A DNA stretch of 54,318 nucleotides, taken from Bigelowiella natans CCMP2755 (taxonomy: Eukaryota; Protista; Cercozoa). The notes beneath the pieces were generated by a model. The model ran no database searches and was not told the origin of the DNA. It saw only the letters and a program-made list of their open reading frames with translations. Where the stretch lies: positions 1 to 54,318 of the forward strand of contig ADNK01002560.1 in the NCBI GenBank assembly GCA_000320545.1. Reading direction: 5' to 3'. Of the stretch, positions 41,553 to 53,896 are shown piece after piece (the first letter of the stretch is position 1; every line of letters starts with the position of its first letter). The position numbers and the translations under genes are program-made.

Positions 41553-42366
41553 TAGATTATCGTGTGTGTGCTACACAAGCGATGAATGCTTCCTCTGCGT
41601 TTGTGCTTGTGGATGTCAGAGAAATATTAAATTAACTCACTTTGAAGCAGTAAAGCATTATCCAGATTCTGATGACTAATAAGCACTTCTGTACTTAGGT
41701 TTACTTCGCGCTGAATTAATTTGGAAACAAATGAAATTGAATGTACGTATAGATATGTCAATTATGCTAGTAATACAGGAGTCTAATGCTTTGTAATGTT
41801 CTAGATGGTGCAGTTAGTGAATGTAAATGCATGTGTATGTGGATTTTCCCCGTATTCATACCTCCTTGTTGACGGGCTTCAATTTCTGCCATCTTCTTCT
41901 GTGCCCTTGCTGCCAAGTCCTCAGGGCCGTCTTTTTCCACCCTGGAGTAGAATCATAGAATGTGATTGACACCGAATGAGCGAACAACACAAGTGACATG
42001 AGATGAAATGAGCTGGCACAGAAGCTAATGCATTCTATCACCTTAGATTCTCGGTTTTCTGTCTATTGCTCTAATCATTGTATTACTTGTATTTGCTATA
42101 CTCCATCTGTATATCTAATACAATAGGCTCTCCACCATATATGCGCTTTAATACCAGTATTCGGTCCCGTTTTCGTACTTGAGAGGGACTACGATCTTGC
42201 CGTCTTGGCAATAGTCGTACCCACATCTTTGGCCACGGTAATGTAATGCAAGAAAAGAATTGAGGTATAAATTCAATGTTCAAGCGTGTGAATGCCGTTA
42301 TACCTATTAGGATATCCCTTTTGACCACGTTTGTCAGACCGAACCTGTGTGAGAAAAGTGAATTCG

Positions 42367-42885
42367 ATGTCAGGAAAAATAGCTTTTTTACCTACAACCA
42401 AATATGTCGTGTTTGCAACTCCATCTAGAACTTTATTGATCTATGTATTGAGGAAAAACATTGAAAAGACGCTCACACAAAACCTCGTCAAACTTCTTCC
42501 AATCGTAGCTCCGTGCGTCATCGATATCTAATGCGCTTTAGGATTGAAGAGATTATCTTCTACAACTACACCCAAAGAGATATTCTACCTCGTCTTTGAG
42601 ATCATGAACATCGGAATGGCTAACACAGCTTTGGATAGGCCTCCTCCGATACCTCTCCGGGTCATACTGTCGAAAGAAATAGTGAAGACATATTTGAGGG
42701 ATGTCTGTGGAAATCACCATTTTACATCTGCCTTTGCGCCAGGAATTCTTTGGGGTGCTTTCAGTGTGCGGATACTAACGAAAGATCCCACGAGTGCGCA
42801 TGCAAGGAACAGACTTGCACCAACGGCTGCGACCAAGGGTCGCGTCGATGGCATTGTAGACGTGCTCGAGGATCTCCAAAGTTGA
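42367..42885 (+). CDS. Possible small two-exon hypothetical gene or gene remnant
   Basis: ORFs 42331-42531 and 42544-42885 are separated by a short GT..TTTAG segment; protein-like composition, no recognised domain. Confidence 0.3.
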
Positions 42886-42973
42886 GGGGTCCAGCAGATT
42901 CAACAGCTAAGTTGACATTCTCGAACATTCATCACCTACGACAATGAAAGAAGACAAAAACACATCACATTTA

Positions 42974-44768
42974 AATGTGTCCAATGATTTCTTCTCGACG
43001 ACATGGTCAACTTGGCTCTTTTTTTGTGACGCTGAGTTGTCAGAAGTTGGACACTTTCTGATTGCTCCTGACAATGTGATGGCTCGCCCCAGCCACCGGT
43101 GACTCGGTGGCCTGAGGAAGGATGCATGGATCTGTGTTCAAGATTCAAAGTTGCATTCGAAAAAATTGGCGCGATGCGGTGATGGGCGGGGGATTTGGTC
43201 ACCTCCCACCCCTGAACCACATTCCTGGTCACCGGTGGGGTGGACAGACTTGTCGCCCCAGCCACCGGTGACTCGTCGGTGGCCAGGTCAAGGATGCATG
43301 GATCTGCATTCAAGATTCAAAGTTGCATTCGCCGAAGTGGTGATGGGCGGGGGTTTTCGGTTGCGAGGGTGGCTTTTCCCCTTCTCCCTGCACCACATTC
43401 CTGTTCACCGGTGGGGCAGGCCACCGGCGAATTGGCTGCCAAGTGGAAGACGCTCGGACCTGCATCTGAGATTCATCCGGATGAATCCCGTCAGGATGAA
43501 GGACTGGTGCACACACACCAGCAATTGTTGCAGTTCAGCGACGTGACGATCACTGGTGTGTGTGCACCAGTGAAGGTGTCCTCCTCAAACTTTGTGCCCT
43601 CCAGGCAGTGTTTCCATTGGGCCGGGGACGTTGTGGTTGGAATCAAGCTGGTGCTTCCAATTGCAATGATGGGGGCCATGTCTCCGCAAAAGCCGGGGAT
43701 GTTGTGGTCATTGCGAAGCTCGTTGTCCAAGTGGACTGGGAAGGAAGAATGCATCCTCCTCCACCTTCGTGCCTTCCAGGGAGGGCGATGTCTCCGCAAA
43801 AGCCGGGACGTTGTGGTGGGTGTGAAGAGGACCATGAAAGTGTGGTTCATGGGATTGTTCGCTTGGGGTTCGCAGGTGTGGTGTTCTTGCTTGGTGATCT
43901 CCAAGCATGAGCAAACCATCACGGCAGGATTTGGGGTGCGTGGTCCTGAAGTTGGCAAAGGTCAGACAAAAAAAACGACGAAACTGGGAACGGAGGAGTG
44001 GCCAGAGTGCCACTCTTGGCTCCTTTTTGTTTCACTTCGTGTTGGAGTGCTTTGCACTCAATGCGCGAAGTGCATGCTTGTGGCAGCAGTGGCAACGCTG
44101 GCGGGCGTTTGCAGGCTGCGACAAGCAGTGAGAAATGGGCTGCTGGTGCAGGCGAGTTCTGTGCCTGCGACAAGGGCAGGACAGCGCTGCATCAGCCATG
44201 CTGGCATGTGTCAGCAAAGGAAGTGGTGTGCGCGTCTTCCTTCCTCGCTGCAGCACGTTTGGTTTCAGGTGATTTCGCCTGATGAACAGTTGACTTGGTG
44301 CACGCATGTGAAAAGGTCAAAACACCAACACAAAATCGAGGCAGCCGCTTGTGCAGCTGTCCTCCTGCCCTTCCTTCCTTCCTTCTTGCCTCCATCCAAC
44401 TGTGCCACTGGCCTGCACTCTGCAGCGCGCCACCATCCACTTCCAACAGGTCACGAGAACAAGTGAAAACAATTGAATGTTGTTGGTTTTCCGTGCATGT
44501 TCGCTGCCGCACGCAATGCGATCCACGTGCATTGCATTGTTGGCCCCAATTGTGGTGACATTTGCTCGCTGGTGGGAGCCGCGACCAACAATGCGCTGCA
44601 TGAAGGTGGCGCGCGCGCACACACACGCACACATCTGGACATGCACACACACACACACCGTGCGACGCTCGCCCATCTAGCCATGTGTGATTCAACATGA
44701 TTGTGTCGAATGCGATCGATGTGCATGCAATGATGAATGCTCATCATGCATGGAATTGACATCATCCT
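42974..44768. mobile_element. TpA-free degenerate repeat/TE block with internal duplications
   Basis: One TA in 1795 bp (in CTAG, 44677-44680). Tandem ~160-bp units at 43084-43416 and shorter repeats at 43572-43817. Confidence 0.65.
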
Positions 44769-44887
44769 TAGCTCTTAGCGGACCTAACCCTCATTAATCA
44801 GCGTCAGAAATATGCGATGCTGTCCATCATTCTGTCGTAATAATCATGCTTCGACATGACCACGTACACACACGGCTATCGCAAATG

Positions 44888-44964
44888 TTAAAAAGCTGCT
44901 TTCTTCATATCCCCTTGCGTCATGCTGATGTATGGTAATGTTGACAGATCAATGCAAACGTATC

Positions 44965-45022
<58 letters not shown>

Positions 45023-46108
45023 ACTTTCCATGCTAGTAGAGCAGATTTGTGAGAGTAGTTTATGGAAATGCTTCAGAAGGTCACCCATCTGTATCATTAG
45101 CCTTTCAACAACTAGAACACCGATTCCTACTATCACTACTGCTCCCATCAGTCTGATTACCCCTGCTTTCCCCTCCTTCCGCGCTAGTCCCAGTCTTCTG
45201 CTTTTTAGGAGAAGTTGCTTCGTGGCTCAGTATCCTGGATTCGGTAGTCGCGGTATTGCTGGTGGTAGACGAATCGATAGAAGGCTTACGCTTCTTCGAT
45301 GAGGGACCTTGGCCATTGCTGCTGCTGTTTTCAAATGAAGGAGAGCCGAAACCTGTCACCCACTTTGAGTTCCGAACCTTTGAATTTGTTATTCAGACGA
45401 CGTTAGCTACAGGGCTAATATTTCTAACGGGCATGTATGTTACACGCTAGCGATAAGAGAGAGAGAATGACAAGCATCGTCTCTCTCTCGGTGGGGGATT
45501 GAAACTAAACCGCCCTCGATGTTGCTGCTTGACTCTACCTGCTGGATCGTCCAGCGACTATCACGGTCCACCTAACGGAATGAAAGAAGGGGAGGAGGGG
45601 GGGGAGAGGAGTCGCGGAGTAATTTAGACACGCGTATCGTTCCCAAAATACATATTTCTCTTTCTGTGGCAAGACTGCACAAAGTGCGCATCTTGTAGCG
45701 ATAATATACCGTGAGTAGGCCGTTGATGACCTCCTTAGCTTGGTCAGATATTGCTGGTCTAATAACTTTAATAACTTTTTCTCCTTCTTTTACTTCTTCA
45801 TGTAATTCTTGGAAACGTTTTCCGTATCCAAACTTCCCCTTTCTTATCTGATGACAACAGGTGGTGGTGGTGGTAAGAGGAGGTTGCGTCATTGGATCTT
45901 CAGATGAGGCTTACGGCGAAGAGAGCGATACATATTATATGCTGAATAGATACAATATCGTTTGTGCGTGTGTGTGCCCTCGTCACACATACCTTTTCGA
46001 ACATGATGCTACGTGGTAGCCCTTGACCAAACGGAAGTTGTTTTGCCTGTTTTTATTGTTATAATTATAATAATGTTGTGGGGAGTCATATGATGCTGCT
46101 ACAGAGCA

Positions 46109-46143
<35 letters not shown>

Positions 46144-46319
46144 ATATGATGCGATTTGTGTCTCTTCTTCCTCGCATAGGTTACACGCCTAATACATAAA
46201 TGCTTTAGCACGCAGTAGTTGTAAGACCTATAATACCGCTTATCACAAGAATGTTTAATGGAATATCGTTATCTCTCGTATCTTCCCACAAGAACAGTAG
46301 CAGCAGCAACAACAACAAT

Positions 46320-46353
<34 letters not shown>

Positions 46354-46444
46354 GCGAGAGCTACTACCAGCATTGCGTATAAGACGACTCCCACTGACCA
46401 CAGGTCCCCCTCCGGGCAGTAGATTTCTTTCGTCATCTCCTGTT

Positions 46445-46490
<46 letters not shown>

Positions 46491-47173
46491 TATGCATTCC
46501 TACTACTTGGATGGGGAAATTGAGAGGAGAAGGGAGGAATATTTTCTCGGTGTGATTATGATGTTCTACTTATTTATTTATTCCATTGATTATTGGCAAT
46601 TGGCAAATTGCTGCGATGAAACAGTCAATACTACTGCTGCTGCTATTTATTACTGCTTTTTATTCTGTTTCTTGCACTACTACCGACCGGCGACATGTAA
46701 GGTTCTGATCCTTTCACCGGGAGCTTCACGTGCTCTTCATCTAATGAGCGGTAAACGAGGAGGGGGGAGGGGATTGGGGGGAAAGAACGGGAGAATGGTA
46801 AATGATATAAACCACAGCCGTATGGCGCATATAAGCTCACGTCAAAAGGATTGTGATTGGAGAAGAAGGAGGAAGAGGAGGAGGAGGAGGAGGAGAGGCC
46901 CTTTACGAATAGATTAATATCGAACGACGACGTGTATCCCCCCTGGTCTCCAAGCGGTATTATGTCCCCCCCCCCCCTCCCTATCCCCTCACCATTGAAT
47001 CGAACACTTCAAACAACGTTTACATCATCAACCATTATGAAGAAGAGAAGAGACCCCCCCTTGTTTCAGGTACTGGGAAAAACCGAAATCAGCAAGCTAA
47101 GACGCCCAGGGCGAGTTCGGAAGGGTTTGGGGGGGGGGGGGTTGTAACCGTGTCAGTCATTACTGAGGCCTAA

Positions 47174-47215
<42 letters not shown>

Positions 47216-47784
47216 TAGACACATCAACACAGCTGCTAGAATTATCCGTATCGAATTAACCCGATGTTAGAAGCATCAGAGCATGAAACGATGAACAATA
47301 TGGAAACAACAACGACAACAGCAACGACTGTCTTGACGTTTTTGCGTGTAAGTAAGGTGAGTTATCAGCGCCAACTCGGAAGGAATGGCAGCAAGCTACA
47401 TACTGCTGCTGCTGCTCAGTAAGCAATCATGATCTCGTCTCCCATTCTTGTCTTCCCCACTATCACCACCACCACCCACCACCACAGCATCAAACCTTGA
47501 CTTGGCCAGATTTCTTGTCGAATAGGATGTTCTCCGGCTTCAGATCCAAATGCAGTATCTTGAGGTGAATTGTTTTCATATCCATCGTCAGGGGTATGTA
47601 CGCGTGTGTGGGGGTCACACAGGTGTTAAATGCAATGGCGCGAGTTGAGTTAATTCTTGGCGTCCCTCGAATGTGGCTGCCAAGAATCAAGGCCAAGAAC
47701 TACTAAGCAGCTTGATTATTCGCATTCCGTCCGTATTCATATGCATACCATGCACCAGCGATGTGCAGTAAATCACACTTCAAC

Positions 47785-47828
<44 letters not shown>

Positions 47829-48292
47829 CCTCAATTGTAATTTAATACGTTATATTATACAACGACCCTTGGGTTTTGAGTGTGCAAGAATTCCAGTGCA
47901 TTCAGCATCTGCCCTGTGGACGCAATATCGGAATCATCACCACCACCACTACCATCATCATCATTATCGTCATCATCATCACAATTTGCAGGATAACCCC
48001 CCCCTCTCCCCCCCCCCCTTACAATACCCAAAGTCCCTACCGCAGCCCCTCTACGCAAGTAGCGTTATGATATATTTGAATAAGTGTACCAACGTATCTG
48101 CACGCGTCCTTCTCGAAGATGATGTTTTTTTCTCTGAGTATCTCCGTGAAGAGGTCCCCATCTGGGACGTACTCCAGTATCAACCAATTCTTTTTTCTTG
48201 TATTTCTTCTGAACTATGACGATTGACGACCCGTTTTCCAACATTCTACAAAAGGCAGACAAACAGATATGCGCGCACACACACACACACAC

Positions 48293-48335
<43 letters not shown>

Positions 48336-49272
48336 TGCGTAGTCGCATGTTGGCCTTGGGTTTGCATCTGGGTAAGTACCCGTTCATGAAGTACACAACA
48401 AAAACAGGCAAAAGACTATTCTTCCCAAGGTGCAATGCAAAATGCCTTGGCGAATAAGCGCTCTGAAATGAACAGCATGATGGCTTGCGAGTGCTGGTGT
48501 TGCTGGTGCTACCTCTTCGCCCCTTTTTCCATAGCGATGTTGTTCACCATGATTGGGTTCCGGCCCACATTCTCGATCCATACCTGCTTTCGATATTATT
48601 ACAGATTGTAGGATACATATACGCATTTCTCGATCATTATTATAGAACTTCTGTGATGAAGAAGCGATACGAACGGACGACACTCCACACACACACACAC
48701 ACACACACACACTGATAAATGTAGGTGGTTGAATGGGGCATTATGCTACGCACCTGTTCGGCTCCGTCTCCGGCAATTTCCGTGTAGAGGCGAATTTGTT
48801 TACTGCTGATTAAAGTATGACCGGGAATCACCTGGCCGCGGCCTAAGATGAACTCTTGCTCTCCAAACCCCTCTGGTACAAACAACAAGCGGAAGAAGAA
48901 GAAGAAGAAGAAGAAGAAGAAGAAGAAAAAGAGGAGGAGAGCGACGTTGAGTGACAGTGAAGCAAAATAGGACGAAGGAAAGAATGTGAGAATGTACTAT
49001 GATGGCATCAATACGCGATGTTCAGTAGAAATCGGCGAATCGTGCTCTGCATTCACATTCCCCCCCCCTCTCCTACTCCTTCCCATCTCTTACTCCGTTC
49101 GAGATGGGTAAAGCTTTGGTAGTCATCAGGGTAATCGGATAGGAGCTTTCCCCAATGCGGTGGAGCAGCAGTGTAATCGACCTTTTCGTCCGATAACTGG
49201 ACCACCCTGATTATTCACACCAAATTTCAATAAAAACACGCAATGTGTCGTATTAAAAACTGGGAAGTCATC
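44888..49272 (-). pseudogene. FHA-domain Ser/Thr kinase (CHK2/Cds1-like architecture) lacking the kinase N-lobe; pseudogene, broken allele or assembly deletion
   Basis: FHA-like exons EFILGRGQVIPGHTLISSKQ and VWIENVGRNPIMVNNIAMEKGAKR|MLENGSSIVIV. Kinase C-lobe LILEYVPDGDLF, ILHLDLKPENIL, LADFGFS, GSEPYMSP|E, DLWSVGVVLYAML, ISDQAKEVINGLLT|VDRDSRWTIQQ. No GxGxxG or VAIK found; frame change at ~48185. Both ends approximate. Confidence 0.7.
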
Positions 49273-49461
49273 TGGGTAAAAAATGATGATGTTGTCTGTG
49301 TTTACTCTGTGGTGGGTTCGTCGAAACTCGGAAGGGGTTTAGTGCCTGATTATAAATAGCTGTGTCACTTTTTCAATCAATTTCCGGTCCAGCTAGGAAA
49401 ATAAAGAAAATAAAACAACTACTATGTATTTTCACGCACATTCATACATATATAAATATAA

Positions 49462-49800
<339 letters not shown>

Positions 49801-49985
49801 TATAAACGTAGATGCGGAAGGAGCTTCTTGCGAGCAGAGCGACGACTTAGCAGCTGATCTAATGGCCATTTTCCTATCACATTCCCGGAAAATATTATGT
49901 CGCAAGCTGCATACGTCCACGATGATGCTATGACAAAAAACCGTCAACCCGTAGCTTTTGGAGGGAAATCTCTCGAGAGTCTCTA

Positions 49986-51039
49986 TTCATCTCAATGTGA
50001 GCTTGGTCACATGTGTCCCAGAGAACACGTGTTCTGGACAAACAACCCGGGTGCGCTCCATGGCCTGTGTGGCCATGCATGCATGGATGTGGATCATTGC
50101 TTGGTGAGATCCATGGTCAACAAATGGATCACACGCAATGCCTGTTTTGCACACACACGCACAACCATTGGACACAGTGTGTGTCGCACAAAACGTGCAC
50201 GCTGCAGCCAGCACGCATGTGCGTGGTCTGAAGTTGGTTTCGAGCGTGCCATGCATGTGGTCATGCACCGCACGTGTACGTTGTGCGTGTTGCAAGGGCA
50301 GGAAGCACTGTTGGACGCAGCTGAAAGCTGAGAGCAGACAAACACCGATGTCACACCAGGAACAAGTGCTCAAGGAAGCTTCAACCAGCACGTTGTGACA
50401 ACAAAGCTTTCACCGAAGAAAGTGCAGGAAGCAGGAATCGAGTCCCCATGTCATGGTGCGACAATGATCATTTCATCATCTGGTCATCCCCGTCTAGCCG
50501 TGGATGGCAAAATCAACACAGCTAGACAGATCACATGATCAAATGAATTGGCGGCACACGTGCACCACACTGCCCCTCGCATGGATCCAGATGATTTTTG
50601 TTGTCAAGTCGTGCGTGCCTTGCTGGCTTGTCCCATCCCACACTGGCACACACCATCACAGAATCTAGCAAGAGTGGAAGATCTAGGAACATGCTAGCAT
50701 GCAAGCAGGAGTGACAGGAGCGACATGCATCTGCAAACAAATGTGCCTTTGATCTGTTTTTGGCCAGCCACGTTGATGACCTGCTTGATTCGGTTGCGAC
50801 CACATTGTTCAACGTGCCTGGCGCAGCAACATGAGACGATCTAGCGATGAGACGACAATCGAGCTATTGCATGACGGCCAGCACAAATGTTTGTGAAAAA
50901 AAAGGACGATCATGAGAGGTAGGTTGCGTTGAGCCAATGCTGAACGTGTGGTGGCACGCAAATGAAAATTGGCACACAAATGTCGACCAAATGCGTGCAG
51001 CATCTTTGCGGTGACTTCATCGTGATTCTTCATCATTTG
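49986..51039. mobile_element. TpA-depleted degenerate repeat/TE remnant
   Basis: 9 TA in ~1050 bp, 6 of them in CTAG; ORFs here are Cys/His-rich and Tyr-free. Confidence 0.55.
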
Positions 51040-51996
51040 GTATCAGATCGAAAGGAAAACACATCTGCAACTTGGATTGAACTTAGAAACATAGAACAGT
51101 GCAGTGAGCAGCGTCAAATCTGCGTGCGTGGCTGGGTGCAGTCTGTGACAAGCCACACGCCAGAAAACATCCTTCACGTGCGGATGTTTCGATGTGATGG
51201 AATGCTTCACAGAAACGTCGAAATTCATTTACCCCCAACGCTCTCATGTACCAATTATGCACAAGTACAAAATATCACATCTGTGCGACTACACAGCAGT
51301 CTGTTAACCACCAAAACTGCCTCTGCAGAAAACACAACAACATCGCGGTGAGAGACTATGGAATCCCAAGAACCAGCGATTACTACTCCCATCATCCAAA
51401 GCACGAGTATGATCAATCTGGTCAGTTGTTCATGTTCCTAAGCGATAAACAAGTCAAAATCTCCAGATCGCGTTCACAAGCGAAAATGTAACAGCGGGGC
51501 GCTCATTTCAGCACACACAATTCATCGCCAGACACCCTGCACTGAACGTCAAGCTACGTTGATAATTATGTTCAATAGCTTTGAAATTATATACCATCGC
51601 ATCATTGGGCTGAAGAAGGCTTATTGTTTTCCTCAGCTCGCTTTGCTTCCCCCTTTGCCCACTGCCAGACGAAGTGAATGGGGGTTTTGAGGCAAGGGCT
51701 ACGACATCGGGGAATCAACTTACATTTCATGTGAATCATCTGAATCGTGAAAAGACCAAATTTATAACTGAAAACATCTTACAATAGTAAAAAAGGTGGC
51801 AGAACACAACCAACATAAACTACCGTCTTCCTGGCTGTGGGAGTGGCACCAGGAGAGGGAAGGGCGATAAGACGCTCGGTGACTAGGAGGAGTACGAGGA
51901 GGAGGAGAGGGAAAGGTATCGGAGAGTTGAGGGGGAGCTAACCTTGTTATTTCTGGATTTGAAACGACCCATCTTTTTGTATGCTTCAGGTTATGG

Positions 51997-53755
51997 ATGG
52001 GGAGTGGTAAAGAAGCCAAAAATGTTGAATATCCCAAGGTATCACTGTTGCACGTTCGCTTCTCCAACTCTCCTTTTCCTGGAAGCTTGCATAATCCCCA
52101 CCGTTATCGAAAAACTCAGGGCGCCTGGGTGCGCATAAAAGGGTTGCAGAAATGCCCTCATTTGAACGAGGAGGTAGGCACAATTCTCAGTCACTCCCTT
52201 AATCGCGCCTCCACCAGCGACAGCGCCGAGAATGGTAAAAGCAAGAAAGATGCAGCGGATTACCAAGACGGCAATCGAAGCAGATTTAAGCGTATCCCGA
52301 TCATGCTGCGCCGCTCCGGGAAGAAGATAAATGTGAAACCCAGAAACCTCCTGCTCCTCCGCTCCGAGGAAAGGGAGTCAATCTTACGTTCGGAACGAAA
52401 GGGAATAATAGCAACTAAAAGGTGCGATCGGTGTAGAAGGGTATGATCCTCCGGGAAGTATGTATAGCCTCAACACATCTGAGTATGATGCCCTGCTTCC
52501 TCGCCCATCTTACGTGACAGCAGGTGTCAGCGAATGGCCGAGCGATTCAGCAAGGCATTAAGAATCGACGACCCAACAGCAGCCGTTAGCTTCCTCGAAA
52601 ACAACAATAGACCTCGCGTCGCAAGGTGCTCCATGAAGGCAATGCTCTCCATTTTGAAGAGGATCCTGAAGAGACCAAAGTGTCGGAGAGCACGCACCAT
52701 CCCATTGAAGAGCATCGTCTTCACGAAGTTGGTTCAAAATGTCCGGGGAGCACAGGAGATCCTGCAGATCGTAGGATTCAAAAAGGTAGGTGCGTGTGTG
52801 TGTGTGTGTGTGTGCGCGCGCGCGCGCGCGAATGTTGACGGCTCACGCCTTTGTTCTATTCGAGCAAGAACACTTACCGCTTCTTCCGCGATTTTGCAGT
52901 GGAAAGGCAACTCTAAAATCTTTCACACTATTTCTTCCAATTGGTCTAGGCAGCGGCCTAATTTCTTTTTGTTGCAATCTAAACAAACAACCCTCTATTT
53001 TCCTTAGATTCCGTCATCGTCGGACCATGGAAGTCATCCGCCATCATCGCTGCTCATGGGCTCACCCGTTAACGTCCCCATTATGTTGCGCGTGGTTAAC
53101 AGTTTAAAGGCAGGGATACAGCGAGTAAAAGCCGCATCTAATAGAGAAGATGCGAAATTGAAAGAAGCAGCATCATCGTCCTCGTCGTTCTCTCATCCAT
53201 TGTCACAGCAGCCTCCTGTTGACATCGACGCTTACTCTGATGTGAGAGATCTTCAAGATTTGCTGGACAGTGTGAAGCTGGGGAGGGGGGAGGGAGGTAA
53301 GAGCAGATATGCCCAAAGAGAAGACGACTTCGGATCTCTCTTTGATTTCCTCTTCAGCGACGGAGAAGGAGAGAAGAAAAGTGCTCCGGATGGCAAGAAT
53401 GATATGAAGATTGAGCGCCGTCGTCTTTGCGAAGAAGCAGCTGAGCAGGTGGTCGCATCATCATTCGTATGTCTCAGTGTGGGTTGTTCAAAAAAAATGA
53501 TGAAGGAAGAGATGATGATGATGATGATGATGAGGAGGAGGAGGAGGAGGATGGTGATGATTGAGGCATGAAGAAATGAGACCAACTGCTTTGGTCTTTT
53601 CCACAGCGAGAAAATGATGATAGCCAATGATGGAGATAACAACAGTGTGTATAGCGTCCATGAGCATTGTGTGAATGATGCGTTCCGTGCAATCCATTAA
53701 CACTTGCAGCATTTCGAGGAGAGTGATGGTACCCATGCTACGCAGTCGATTCATG
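51997..53755 (+). CDS. PUB (PUG) domain protein with an N-terminal SH3/KOW-like 'GxxVRIxGL..PxLN..G..VKPxNL' module; ends unresolved
   Basis: YPK|GAWVRIKGLQKCPHLNEEVG...INVKPRNLLL, then MLSILKRILKRPKCRRARTIPLKSIVFTKLVQNVRGAQEILQIVGFKK, which fits the PUB pattern. Further exon in ORF 53056-53571. Confidence 0.7.
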
Positions 53756-53811
53756 GTAATGAGGGAGAGGGCGAGGAGGAGGAGAAGAAGAAAAGATCTC
53801 GCGAAGGTGGT

Positions 53812-53896
<85 letters not shown>

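Noticed and set aside
43621-43817. CRISPR-like spaced direct repeats
   Set aside because: Only 2-3 degenerate copies with irregular spacing, eukaryotic context and no cas genes; better explained as a decayed internal repeat.
43240-44466. 408-aa ORF, the longest in the ORF track
   Set aside because: No Tyr, Cys/His-rich, and overlapped by many ORFs in other frames. Loss of TA removes TAA and TAG stops on both strands, so long ORFs arise passively.
42974-44768. Methyl-CpG deamination or classical RIP as the cause of the TG/CA excess
   Set aside because: CpG is plentiful and TpA is absent; both processes would preserve or increase TpA.
44784-44792. CCTAACCCT telomere-like seed at the edge of the TpA-free block
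   Set aside because: Only about 1.5 units; not distinguishable from chance.
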